Assembly: GCA_049890075.1 (NCBI GenBank)
Contig: JBMHCE010000040.1
Location: 17,412-81,411, forward strand
Reading direction: 5' to 3'
Source: Chitinophagales bacterium
GTDB lineage: Bacteria; Bacteroidota; Bacteroidia; Chitinophagales; UBA8649
DNA: 64,000 bases
Part shown: piece after piece, positions 16,742 to 26,641 of the stretch
How the letters are laid out: each line of letters starts with the position of its first letter
Numbering within the stretch: the first letter of the stretch is position 1
Translations under genes and position numbers: made by a program
The notes under the pieces: model-generated
Seen by the model: only the letters and a program-made list of their open reading frames with translations
Databases searched by the model: none
What the model was told of the DNA's origin: nothing

Positions 16742-18601
16742 ATGCGCCAGGGCAACATCAGTGTTAACACGGAAAATATCTTCCCTATTATCAAGAAGTT
16801 CTTGTACACCGATCAAGATATCTTTTTGAGAGAATTAGTATCCAACGCGGTAGACGCAACAAGAAAACTTGACATGCTGATTCGTAAAGGAGAAGCCGAA
16901 CGACTTGACTTTAATCCACAGATTACCATTCACCTTGATAAGGAAGCAAAAACGCTTACCATTTCTGATGACGGCCTTGGCATGAATGAAGAGGAAATCA
17001 TAAAATATCTCTCAGATATTGCCTTTTCTAGTGCTGAAGAATTTGCAGAAAAATTTAAAGACCTCGATGACCGAGCGGAGATTATAGGTCATTTTGGACT
17101 TGGATTTTACAGTGCCTTTATGGTTGCGGAGAAAGTTACCGTCGTCAGCCGCTCATACAAAGGAGAAAGCGCAATTCAATGGGAAAGCGAGGGTAAAACT
17201 GAATACACCTTATCAGAAGCCACGCGCGACCGACGGGGGAGCGACATCATATTGCATATTTCAGAAGAAGGAGAGGACTACTTAGACGAAGGGAAGATTC
17301 AAGGCTTACTAACCACCTATTGCAAGTTTATGCCTGTTCCCATAGTCTTTGGAGAAAATACAGTCGAAGAGGGCGAAGGCGAAGAAAAAACAACGGTGAC
17401 TACACCGAGAGTAATCAATAACTCGAGTCCCCTTTGGACAAAAAGCCCCAGTGAATTAAAAGATGAAGACTACTTAAGTTTTTATAGAGAGCTCTATCCG
17501 ATGAGCGAAGACCCTTTGTTTTGGATTCATCTTAACGTTGATTATCCGTTTCACTTAGAGGGTATCCTTTACTTCCCAAAACTCAACCGGTCGATGGAAG
17601 TTCAGCGCAATAAGATTGGATTGTACAGCAACCAAGTCTTTGTAACGGATAATGTTGAGGAGATTGTGCCTGAATTCCTCACGCTTCTTCATGGTGTTAT
17701 TGATTCTACAGATATCCCGCTTAATGTGTCAAGATCAGCACTGCAGGCAGATAGTCAAGTGAAGAAAATTACGGGCCACATCAGCAAAAAAGTATCTGAT
17801 AAACTCAATGAACTCTTTAAAAAGGACCGAGAAGGTTTTGAAAAGAAATGGGAAGATATTGGCGTCTTTGTAAAGTATGGATTGATATCCGACGAGAAAT
17901 TCTTTGAGCGCAGTCAAAAGATTGGCTTGATGAAGGACACCGAAGGAAGTTGCAAGACCATCGAAGAATGGAAAGAGGCCTTATCTGAAATTCACAAAGA
18001 CAAAAATGATAAAATCATTCTCCTCTACACCAACAATCCTGAGGGACAGCATACCTACATAGAATCAGCAAAATCAAGGGATTACACGGTCTTGGTTATG
18101 GATGTAATGATTGACAACCACTTTATGCAACACCTCGAAATGAAGGATGGCGACATCACTTTCAAACGAGTAGATGCCGATGCGCTAGATAGCTTAATCG
18201 ATAAAGATGAGCAAGTTGAATCTGTCTTAAATGAAAAAGAGGTTGAGCAACTGAAAGAAGCTTTTTCCTCAACGATTGCCGATGAAAACTTTCAAGTAGA
18301 ATGCAAGGCATTACATCCTAAGGATTATCCTGTTACCCTGACTCAATCGGAGTGGATGCGTCGCATGAAAGAAATGAATCAAATGGGAGGCGGTATGGCG
18401 ATGATGGGCAATATGCCTGACCGATATAATGTCGTTGTGAACACAAACCACCCCTTAGCGCAGCGTATCTTAAAAGCAAGAGGAAAGCGAGAGGCCATCA
18501 TCAAGCAACTCTTCGATTTGGCGCTACTTAGCCAAGGGGTACTTTCAGGAGATCAGCTCACGACCTTTCTAAATCGAAGCATCGAAGTACTCGAAGACTA
18601 A
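16742..18601 (+). CDS. htpG: Molecular chaperone HtpG (Hsp90)
   Basis: Contains IFLRELVSNAVDA, HFGLGFYSAFMVA and a full-length Hsp90 architecture. The ORF track uses TTG 16724. ATG 16742 (MRQGNISVNTENIF) is more likely. Confidence 0.95.
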   Translation: MRQGNISVNTENIFPIIKKFLYTDQDIFLRELVSNAVDATRKLDMLIRKGEAERLDFNPQITIHLDKEAKTLTISDDGLGMNEEEIIKYLSDIAFSSAEEFAEKFKDLDDRAEIIGHFGLGFYSAFMVAEKVTVVSRSYKGESAIQWESEGKTEYTLSEATRDRRGSDIILHISEEGEDYLDEGKIQGLLTTYCKFMPVPIVFGENTVEEGEGEEKTTVTTPRVINNSSPLWTKSPSELKDEDYLSFYRELYPMSEDPLFWIHLNVDYPFHLEGILYFPKLNRSMEVQRNKIGLYSNQVFVTDNVEEIVPEFLTLLHGVIDSTDIPLNVSRSALQADSQVKKITGHISKKVSDKLNELFKKDREGFEKKWEDIGVFVKYGLISDEKFFERSQKIGLMKDTEGSCKTIEEWKEALSEIHKDKNDKIILLYTNNPEGQHTYIESAKSRDYTVLVMDVMIDNHFMQHLEMKDGDITFKRVDADALDSLIDKDEQVESVLNEKEVEQLKEAFSSTIADENFQVECKALHPKDYPVTLTQSEWMRRMKEMNQMGGGMAMMGNMPDRYNVVVNTNHPLAQRILKARGKREAIIKQLFDLALLSQGVLSGDQLTTFLNRSIEVLED

Positions 18602-18646
18602 ACCACATATAGAAGGAGGAGAAAGCTATTATATTCACCAGTATAG

Positions 18647-21600
18647 ATGAATACTATGGCATTAACTTCCGCAGCCTACCGAGAGGCCCTAGACAGACTT
18701 AATCCCGCACAACGCAGAGCAGTAGATTTAGTCGATGGCCCTGTCCTTGTCTTAGCAGGCCCTGGCACTGGCAAGACCCAAATCTTAGCAGCCCGTATTG
18801 GGAGAATACTTGAAACGACCGATGCCGATCCGAGTAACATCTTATGCCTAACCTACACGGAAGCAGGAGCCACTGCTATGCGAGCCCGTCTCATTCAGTT
18901 TATCGGGCCCCAAGCGCATAAAGTTTCAATCCATACCTTTCATGGCTTTTGTAATCGGGTGATTCAAGAAAACAAAGAGATTTTTAATCTTGATGACTTA
19001 GATCCTGTCTCCGAATTGGAGTCAGCAGAATTTATCAGAAAAATAATAGACGAGTTGGATTGGGATCATCCTCTTCGTCGAAGAAAAATGCGGTATTATG
19101 ATGTAAACAGCCTTCGGAGTTTTTTTGATGAGTTAAAGAAAGAAGGTATGAGCTCAGAAGATTACCTGCTTAGCATGAATGCCTTTGAGGCAAGCATTGG
19201 AGAAAATCCAGACAATCTTTACAAGAAAGGAGAAAAAAAGGGGGAGATTAAGCCTGCCGTCTATAACAAACTAATGGATCCGTTACAGCGATCTTATGAA
19301 GCAAGCAAGCTCCTTCCAAAATACCAAGCCATCCTTCAAGAAGAACATCGATTTGATTTCCAGGATATGTTGCTCTTTGTCCATGAAGCCTTCGCTAGCC
19401 ATGAGGATCTATTGTTGGCCTATCAGGAACAGTTTCAATACCTTCTTGTCGATGAGTATCAAGACACCAATGGAATACAAAATGCTATTCTCTTTCAGCT
19501 AGCCTCTTTTTGGGATCAGCCCAATCTTTTTGCCGTAGGAGATGACGACCAATCGATATACCGTTTTCAAGGAGCCAACGTTGAAAATATTCATCATTTT
19601 ATCGAAACCTTTCTCACTCCTTTCGGCGCTGATTTTGAAAAGGAACGTATCATTCAATTACAACAAAACTATCGGTCTTCGCAACGTATTTTAAATGAAG
19701 CGGATGTACTCATTCGAAACAACAGTCAACGCCTAGCCCAACAGAGCAACCCCAACCCATTACAGGCATCCTCTGATGTAGCCAACGCTGACCAAAATAT
19801 ATCCGTCCTTTCCTATGAAGATAGTTTGCAAGAAGCCGCTGGCATTGCCGAGAAAATTCAATTCCTGCATAAGCATCAAGGCCTAGCATATCGAGATATT
19901 GCCGTATTCTACAAGAAACATAGCCTAGCAGAACGTATTGCTCAGTACTTCCAACATATCGGGATTCCCATTCAAATTGTACGCACCACTAACATTCTCG
20001 AGGAAGCACTTACCCAACAGATTCTGGATATCCTGAAGTATCTGCAACTCGAAATGCAATCGCCGTTTAAGGGAGGGTATCTGTTGCATAAAATTCTTCA
20101 CTTTCCATGCTTTGGTCTATCCGGCACAAGCATCAGTCGTATTCACGTTGCCGTTCTGCAATCTATTGCCCAGCAAATTGAATCGGGAGAAAAACCCTAT
20201 GATGCAAAGAACTATAGGCTACAATGGCTAACGCACTGTGAGCGTTTATCTCAACGAGCAGAGAGCAGCAAAGAAAAAGAGGCATTAACCGCAATCGCCG
20301 AGACATTGCAATCACTCGATGGCCTGATCAGCGAAGCCTTTAGCCAACCGCTTCAACATGTGTTCAACTCCATTATCAAAACATGTGGGATGCTATCGTG
20401 GATTAACGCTCAAACCAATAAGCTATTTCTGCTGCAAGAGATTAACACACTTTTTGACTTTCTAAAAACAGAAAGTCAGCGCAATAAGTCCTTGAAAATC
20501 CAAGATTTCTTGCACACAATAGATATGCTTGAAACCCACGAAATTGGCCTGAGAATGCAAAAGGTTATTCATAGTGGAGAAGGTGTGCAGTTTATGACCC
20601 TACATGGTTCTAAAGGATTGGAATTTGATACCGTGTTTATGATTGGAAATGACCACAAAACTTGGACTTCTAGCGTCCGAAGTCGGTTTAAGCTGCCACC
20701 TAGACCCGATGTGTTACATTCCACTTTCGAAACAGAAGATGCAAGGCGTCTATTTTATGTAGGCATTACCCGACCGAAACGGCGCCTATATATCTCCTAC
20801 CCACTTCTAAGTCCAAGCAATAAAAGCTTAGTGGAATGTCAGTTTATCAGTGAGTTACTAGCTGAGCGAAAAGACGATTCGCACAAATTACATCACAGTC
20901 CACAGCACATTGAAAGCAGTGTGTATGCCGATTTTTTACACCAATCCATCGAGCAAGGAAATGTGTTAAATGCCGATCCGAACAACCGTAACATGCTCCA
21001 GTTTGCACTGGATAAGTATGTTATGAGTGTTACGCACCTCAATAACTTTTTGAAGTGCCCACTTCGATTCTACTACCTCAACCTTCTGCGGCTCCCATCT
21101 CCTATGTCATCAGCCGCCCAATTTGGAAGCGCCATTCACAAGGCACTCGAAGTACTGTTTGACCAATACTCAGATGCCCAATATGAGGTACAACTTGAGC
21201 AGAGTTATCTAGCCTTTCAAAGGCACCTTCAGCGGAATAAAGAAGTGTTTAGCAAGGATGAATTTGAAGATTTCTTTGGTTATGGTAAAGAGGTCCTTGA
21301 AAACTACTTAGCGCAATATTCCATCACTTCCAATACCACACGCAGAGAAAACGAGTTAGCCGTTAAAGCAAACATTGAAGGAATAGAAATACGAGGTAAC
21401 ATCGATCGAATCGATAAACTCGACGCCACTTGGCATGTCTTTGATTACAAGACAGGAAAATTTAACAATACCTATCGTCCATTTAATCGGCCTCAAGAAA
21501 GTGTAGTACAAAACACCTCACACCATGTTGAACAGTACGGAGGAGACTACTGGCGACAAGCGGTATTCTATTACATTCTTTTACAACATGCTCATCACCC

Positions 21601-21823
21601 CATCGACATCCAAGGGACGGTGGGTTCCGTTCAATTTCAATATGTAGAGCAGAAGAATGGCGAGCCACAAGAGCCTCATTTTGTGAACATTACGCAGGAG
21701 GATGTGGCAGCGGTTACTCAACAGATTAAAGAGGTCCACGGTAAAATCCAACGCTTTGAACTAGAGGGCTGCGGCAAAGAGGATTGTGAATGGTGTAGCT
21801 TACATCAGTCCAGCTCAGACTGA
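18647..21823 (+). CDS. UvrD/Rep-type SF1 helicase fused to a C-terminal PD-(D/E)XK (Cas4/AddB-like, 4-Cys) nuclease domain
   Basis: Helicase motifs: LAGPGTGKT, LVDEYQDTN, QNYRSS, TLHGSKGLEFD and YVGITRPKRRLY. C-terminal domain (nt ~21020-21823): FLKCPLRFYY, GSAIHKALE, GNIDRIDKL..WHVFDYKTGK, QAVFYYILL and the terminal CGKEDCEWC. Confidence 0.9.
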   Translation: MNTMALTSAAYREALDRLNPAQRRAVDLVDGPVLVLAGPGTGKTQILAARIGRILETTDADPSNILCLTYTEAGATAMRARLIQFIGPQAHKVSIHTFHGFCNRVIQENKEIFNLDDLDPVSELESAEFIRKIIDELDWDHPLRRRKMRYYDVNSLRSFFDELKKEGMSSEDYLLSMNAFEASIGENPDNLYKKGEKKGEIKPAVYNKLMDPLQRSYEASKLLPKYQAILQEEHRFDFQDMLLFVHEAFASHEDLLLAYQEQFQYLLVDEYQDTNGIQNAILFQLASFWDQPNLFAVGDDDQSIYRFQGANVENIHHFIETFLTPFGADFEKERIIQLQQNYRSSQRILNEADVLIRNNSQRLAQQSNPNPLQASSDVANADQNISVLSYEDSLQEAAGIAEKIQFLHKHQGLAYRDIAVFYKKHSLAERIAQYFQHIGIPIQIVRTTNILEEALTQQILDILKYLQLEMQSPFKGGYLLHKILHFPCFGLSGTSISRIHVAVLQSIAQQIESGEKPYDAKNYRLQWLTHCERLSQRAESSKEKEALTAIAETLQSLDGLISEAFSQPLQHVFNSIIKTCGMLSWINAQTNKLFLLQEINTLFDFLKTESQRNKSLKIQDFLHTIDMLETHEIGLRMQKVIHSGEGVQFMTLHGSKGLEFDTVFMIGNDHKTWTSSVRSRFKLPPRPDVLHSTFETEDARRLFYVGITRPKRRLYISYPLLSPSNKSLVECQFISELLAERKDDSHKLHHSPQHIESSVYADFLHQSIEQGNVLNADPNNRNMLQFALDKYVMSVTHLNNFLKCPLRFYYLNLLRLPSPMSSAAQFGSAIHKALEVLFDQYSDAQYEVQLEQSYLAFQRHLQRNKEVFSKDEFEDFFGYGKEVLENYLAQYSITSNTTRRENELAVKANIEGIEIRGNIDRIDKLDATWHVFDYKTGKFNNTYRPFNRPQESVVQNTSHHVEQYGGDYWRQAVFYYILLQHAHHPIDIQGTVGSVQFQYVEQKNGEPQEPHFVNITQEDVAAVTQQIKEVHGKIQRFELEGCGKEDCEWCSLHQSSSD

Positions 21824-21827
21824 TTTT

Positions 21828-22745
21828 CTATGCTGAATACAAATCCGAGAAGGCCTTATCTACCTTGTCGAAAGAAAAAGTAAATCCAGTATCCAATATC
21901 TTTTGAGCACTGACGCGCTGGCTAAAGACCACCACACGTGCCATTTCGCCGAGCACAATGCGTAACGCAAAGGTTGGCACAGGGAGCATGAGTAATGCCT
22001 TTGACAACACCCTTTTGAGTTCTATAAGCATCTTCTTTTGAGGCACTGGATTAGGGGCTACAGCATTATACACACCACGCACCGAAGGCGTCATTAGTGC
22101 ATGACAAAACATGGCTACAACATCCTTTTCATGGATCCATGCATAGTAGTGTTGTCCGTTGCCAAAGTAGTTTAGCATGCGAAGTGGCAGCGTCATGGTT
22201 GTTTTTGGTAAAAATCCTGCTTCTCTACTGAGCACCAACCCAATACGCAGCGCAACATAACGAATGCCCAATGACTCTGCGCGCTGTCCTTCAGCCTCCC
22301 AATCCCTACATAGTCTTGCAATGAACTCCTCAGCCATAGGAGCCTCTTCGGTAATCCATTCCGAACCCCAATCATCATAGAAGCCTACGGCACTTGCCGA
22401 AACAAAAGATTCAACCTTGTGATTAATAGCTTCTAGCGTATCGATGAGCAACTTCGTGCTTTGAATACGACTATCATAAATTTGCCGCTTATAACCTTTA
22501 GTCCAGCGTCGATCACCAACCCCTGCGCCTGCTAAATGAATGATAGCCGTAACGCCCTCGAAAGCCGAATGGTCAATTTCCTGCTTTTCTATATTCCACA
22601 CAAAGCATTGGCACCCCTCTATTTTTCGAGTAGACCTGGACAAAATGTGCACTGAGAATCCCCTGTCTAATAAATCCTTGCAAAGCTGCTTTCCCACAAG
22701 GCCTGTTGCCCCAGTCACAAGAATAGAATTCCCTTTAGAAACCAT
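21828..22745 (-). CDS. YfcH/TIGR01777-type epimerase-family protein (atypical SDR with a DUF1731-like C-terminus)
   Basis: N-terminal ILVTGATGLVGKQL Rossmann motif. The length of ~300 aa and the C-terminal region match this family pattern. Confidence 0.8.
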   Translation of the reverse strand: MVSKGNSILVTGATGLVGKQLCKDLLDRGFSVHILSRSTRKIEGCQCFVWNIEKQEIDHSAFEGVTAIIHLAGAGVGDRRWTKGYKRQIYDSRIQSTKLLIDTLEAINHKVESFVSASAVGFYDDWGSEWITEEAPMAEEFIARLCRDWEAEGQRAESLGIRYVALRIGLVLSREAGFLPKTTMTLPLRMLNYFGNGQHYYAWIHEKDVVAMFCHALMTPSVRGVYNAVAPNPVPQKKMLIELKRVLSKALLMLPVPTFALRIVLGEMARVVVFSQRVSAQKILDTGFTFSFDKVDKAFSDLYSA

Positions 22746-22793
22746 GAGAATGCTTATTTTGGTTGTTTATTGAACACCGTTAAAGAAATATCT

Positions 22794-24557
22794 ATGAAGT
22801 CCATCCTTCGATACGGATTTAACATCAGCCTAATCGCTTTTGTTTTTAGTGCTTTACTCAGCAGTTGTTCCCTTGGTGAAAACGAAGGAAGGGAGGAGAG
22901 TGTATGGGTGTATTTACCGTCTAAGCCGGAAAGCCTTAATGCTGTCTTGTCTTCTGACGCCAACAGTTCGACCATACAAAACTATCTCTATCAAACCCTT
23001 CAGGTTATCGACGACAATGATTTTTCAATGAATCCGGTGTTGATCACTGAGAACCCCAAAACAACCATCCTGACTGAAGGCCCCTATGCCGGTGGAATGG
23101 TTATGGAAATGCAGATTAGAGAGGAAGCCACCTGGGATAATGGCACACCGATTACAGCGCATGATGTGGATTACACCTATCGAATGATCAAAAACCCTTT
23201 TTCTGAGACATTACACAAGCGACCCTATTTTGAGGACCTCGATTCCATTTGGATTGACCCTTATGACCCAAAGCATTTTAAATTCTACTGCAACAAGCAA
23301 TACATCCTCGCAGAAAGTTCGTTAACCACGCAACACATCCTACCTCGATATCGCTATGACCCAGACAATCTGCTTGGCCCTTACTCGGTAACCGATCTTA
23401 ATGCCAATGGCGAAAAGTACTTAGAGGAAGGAAATGAAGCCTTAGAAGATCAGGCAGACTTCTTTTCACAAGACATGTTCAAGCGCCAGTTATCATTTGG
23501 CTCAGGACCTTATGAATTGATTAAGTGGGATCAAAAAAACGACCTTCTTATCCTAGATCGAAAGGAGAATTGGTGGGGAGACAATGTAGAAGAAGAAGTG
23601 ATTGGCTTGGAAAACAATGTCGATCAGGTCGTATTTATGGTGGAAGAGTCTGATGTTTCCGTAAAGGAACGGCTCTTTGAACAACAATTCGATATTGTAG
23701 ACCGTATTCGGGCAAAGGACTATCGAAAGTTCCTCGATGAGGGAACACTTGAGGCTCATTACAAGCTCGATACTCCTGCAGGTAATTCGTATTCCTTTCT
23801 TGGACTCAACATGCGTGATCCTGTGTTAAGCGATCGGCGAGTACGACAGGCGCTAACCTTCGCGCTTGAAAAAGATTACCTACTCAACACCTTGAGTTAT
23901 GGCTTAGCTAAGCCTGTGCAATCCCCAGTTCACTTAAGTATGCCGTATTACAACAGTGATCTGCCACCTTACCACTACAACCTAGATACAGCAGCGAAAC
24001 TGTTGGCGGAAGCAGGATGGAAAATGGGTGGAGAGTTTTTAGAAAAAGAAATCGATGGAGAAGTAGTAGAACTCCGAGTCTCTTTTAAGTATTCTTCTGG
24101 AAGCCAAAGCGCCATAGAGATTGGAAAGCACTTCAAAGAGTCCCTTAAACGGATCGGAGTCGACTTTGTAATGGAAGCCCGGGAGTGGACGGTTTTACTT
24201 GAAGAAATTGATCGAAGAGACTACCAGATGATCATAATGGGTTGGATTAAAGATCCGGGACTAGATGACTTTAAGCAACTCTGGCATACTGACTCTTATA
24301 AAAATGCGGGATCAAACTTTGTTGGATTCGGAGATGCCCGGTCCGATGCACTGATTGACTCCATCCGAGGAGAACTAGATGAAACCAAGCGCAATGCAAT
24401 GTATCGGGAATTTCAAGCTATTATTCACCGAGAGTGTCCTTACATTTTCCTTTGGTCAGGAAACAAGAAGTTAATTATAAGCAAGCGCTTTGAAAACGCA
24501 TATGGACTCGCCACAAGACCGGGTTATAATGTGGCCCTTTGGAAACCCAATTTGTAA
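22794..24557 (+). CDS. ABC transporter substrate-binding lipoprotein, family 5 (peptide/nickel type)
   Basis: MKSILRYGFNISLIAFVFSALLSSC has a lipobox. The ~585-aa body has a typical family-5 layout (..SGPYELIKWDQ.., ..MGWIKDPGLDD..). The ORF track uses TTG 22770. Confidence 0.88.
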   Translation: MKSILRYGFNISLIAFVFSALLSSCSLGENEGREESVWVYLPSKPESLNAVLSSDANSSTIQNYLYQTLQVIDDNDFSMNPVLITENPKTTILTEGPYAGGMVMEMQIREEATWDNGTPITAHDVDYTYRMIKNPFSETLHKRPYFEDLDSIWIDPYDPKHFKFYCNKQYILAESSLTTQHILPRYRYDPDNLLGPYSVTDLNANGEKYLEEGNEALEDQADFFSQDMFKRQLSFGSGPYELIKWDQKNDLLILDRKENWWGDNVEEEVIGLENNVDQVVFMVEESDVSVKERLFEQQFDIVDRIRAKDYRKFLDEGTLEAHYKLDTPAGNSYSFLGLNMRDPVLSDRRVRQALTFALEKDYLLNTLSYGLAKPVQSPVHLSMPYYNSDLPPYHYNLDTAAKLLAEAGWKMGGEFLEKEIDGEVVELRVSFKYSSGSQSAIEIGKHFKESLKRIGVDFVMEAREWTVLLEEIDRRDYQMIIMGWIKDPGLDDFKQLWHTDSYKNAGSNFVGFGDARSDALIDSIRGELDETKRNAMYREFQAIIHRECPYIFLWSGNKKLIISKRFENAYGLATRPGYNVALWKPNL

Positions 24558-24577
24558 TCCTTAGTTAGCACCGTACC

Positions 24578-26641
24578 ATGATTAAATACATTTTTAAACG
24601 GCTGATCATTGCGATCCCAACATTGTTTGTGATTTCTCTTGTCACCTTTGGATTGAGCCTTATTACCCCAGGAGACCCTGTCTTAAATAAAGTAAAAGGA
24701 AAAGCCAATCCCGATGGGGTCATGGAGCAAAGTGGAGGCCAAGACTATGCAAAGGTTAGCCGTGATTTAGGCTTAGACCGGCCTGCATTCTACTTTACCT
24801 TGACTAATCAGGCTTACCCTGATACATTCCATCGAATTATTAATAAAAGGGAGCGTTTACGCTATCAAGAACTTATAAAAGCCTACGGAAACTGGGATGC
24901 GATACAAGGTTTTGATAACGCACTGTATGACTTCGAGGTAGCAACAGTCCAACCTCTTGAAGGGGCTATCCCAAGTGATCGTCGAAACAATGCGCTCAAT
25001 GACATGAGTACGCTCTTTACCAATATTAGAACGCGAATATGGGCTAAGGATATTGAGCGAGATTTGATTAAAATGGATTCTCTTGTTCGAAAGACCTCCG
25101 ATGTAGCACAACTTACGTCGCATACTTTTCTTGTAGAGGCAGGTGGAACAATAGATAGCCTGGATACCCTTGCAGCAAGAAGCGACCTTACTCTAGCTGT
25201 TGTCCTTCACAAAGATTCTTTGTGGAATCAAGGTGAAGACAGTGCAGGCATTGATGAGACCATGGCGATGTTTCAGCAGGAAATCAATGCCATTGCCTCT
25301 TTTTATGACGTAGAAGCTGTCTCATTGGATAGTAGCTCCGTAGTCTTAGACTCAGCAAATTTTGTTGAAGTTAGCCTTCTTTATGACTCAAGCTTTCTCG
25401 TACTAAATCACCTCGATTCAGTATTTACTTCCCTTGAAGACGCCTTTAACCGACTGAATACTGAGCGCTTGACTAACCTTTTGTATAAACCGTCATTCAA
25501 GTGGTACGGCAAACACAGCCAATATCATACGTGGCTGTTTGGAGATGCCCCTTGGTTTCAGGAAAAGCATGTAGTCTTGGCGCGTGAAGAATATAAGAAT
25601 GGAGATGCCTTTGTAGTAGAACTCACCGATCGTGAGAAGTCTTACTTCCGCATTGAAATGTGGGAAAGACCAGGAGATGTCTATGATCAAATCTTTAATC
25701 CAACATCGATTGAACTTCTCAACAATGGATACTTTGAGTACCAAAATGGAGATACGATAAATCCCAAAAAGATCAACCCCGCGATGCGCTCAGGTTATGA
25801 GTGGAAAATCACCTACTACCCTGACTACATCGGAGATCAGCCGCATTGGGGAATTTTACGCGGTGACTTTGGAACAAGCTACATTGATGATCAAAAAGTT
25901 GCTCGTAAAATTCGCGTTGCCCTTCCTTGGACTGCCTTACTTAACATTCTTGCCGTCGTGCTTGCCTACTTCTTAGCGATTCCTCTTGGGGTATACATGG
26001 CAAAGTATCAAGGTAAAGTGTTTGATCGTGCAACAACCATTATTCTCTTTATTCTCTATTCGCTCCCAGTCTTCTGGGTAGGAACCTTAGTGATTGTGTT
26101 TTTTACCAGTCCGAATTACGGGGCATGGACAGACCTTTTTCCTGTGGGAGGCCCTGTTGACCTGAGGATTTCTATCAATCCTGAAAACTATACGGTATGG
26201 CAAAAATTTGGTAGCACCTTGTACCACTTTGTGGCGCCATTATTCACGGTAACAATTGGAAGCTTAGCCTATCTAGCCATTCAAATGCGAGGAGGGGTAG
26301 TTAATGTAGTTCGTATGGACTTTATTCGAACCGCACGTGCTAAGGGACTGCCAGAGGGCAAAGTCCTTTGGAAACATACATTCAGAAACTCACTAATTCC
26401 AATTATCACCTTATTTGCGGGGCTGTTTCCTCTAATGATTTCTGGGTCAGTCATTATTGAACAAATCTTCGGAATCCCAGGAATGGGAAGTATAGCTTTT
26501 CAAGCCATTTTAACTCGAGACTACCCTATTGTACTTACCGTGCTTATGATTTCCTCTACCCTTACCATTATCGGTATTCTAGTAGCAGATATCATTTATG
26601 CATTAGTTGATCCAAGAATCTCATTTACCAAGAAGTCATGA
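24578..26641 (+). CDS. OppB/DppB-type ABC permease carrying a ~350-aa insertion after TM1
   Basis: The N-terminus IFKRLIIAIPTLFVISLVTFGL..PGDPV..LGLDRPAFY and the core from GILRGDFGTSY..ALPWTALLN.. to ..RTARAKGL..IPIITL are canonical. The inserted soluble segment spans about nt 24800-25845. Confidence 0.85.
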   Translation: MIKYIFKRLIIAIPTLFVISLVTFGLSLITPGDPVLNKVKGKANPDGVMEQSGGQDYAKVSRDLGLDRPAFYFTLTNQAYPDTFHRIINKRERLRYQELIKAYGNWDAIQGFDNALYDFEVATVQPLEGAIPSDRRNNALNDMSTLFTNIRTRIWAKDIERDLIKMDSLVRKTSDVAQLTSHTFLVEAGGTIDSLDTLAARSDLTLAVVLHKDSLWNQGEDSAGIDETMAMFQQEINAIASFYDVEAVSLDSSSVVLDSANFVEVSLLYDSSFLVLNHLDSVFTSLEDAFNRLNTERLTNLLYKPSFKWYGKHSQYHTWLFGDAPWFQEKHVVLAREEYKNGDAFVVELTDREKSYFRIEMWERPGDVYDQIFNPTSIELLNNGYFEYQNGDTINPKKINPAMRSGYEWKITYYPDYIGDQPHWGILRGDFGTSYIDDQKVARKIRVALPWTALLNILAVVLAYFLAIPLGVYMAKYQGKVFDRATTIILFILYSLPVFWVGTLVIVFFTSPNYGAWTDLFPVGGPVDLRISINPENYTVWQKFGSTLYHFVAPLFTVTIGSLAYLAIQMRGGVVNVVRMDFIRTARAKGLPEGKVLWKHTFRNSLIPIITLFAGLFPLMISGSVIIEQIFGIPGMGSIAFQAILTRDYPIVLTVLMISSTLTIIGILVADIIYALVDPRISFTKKS

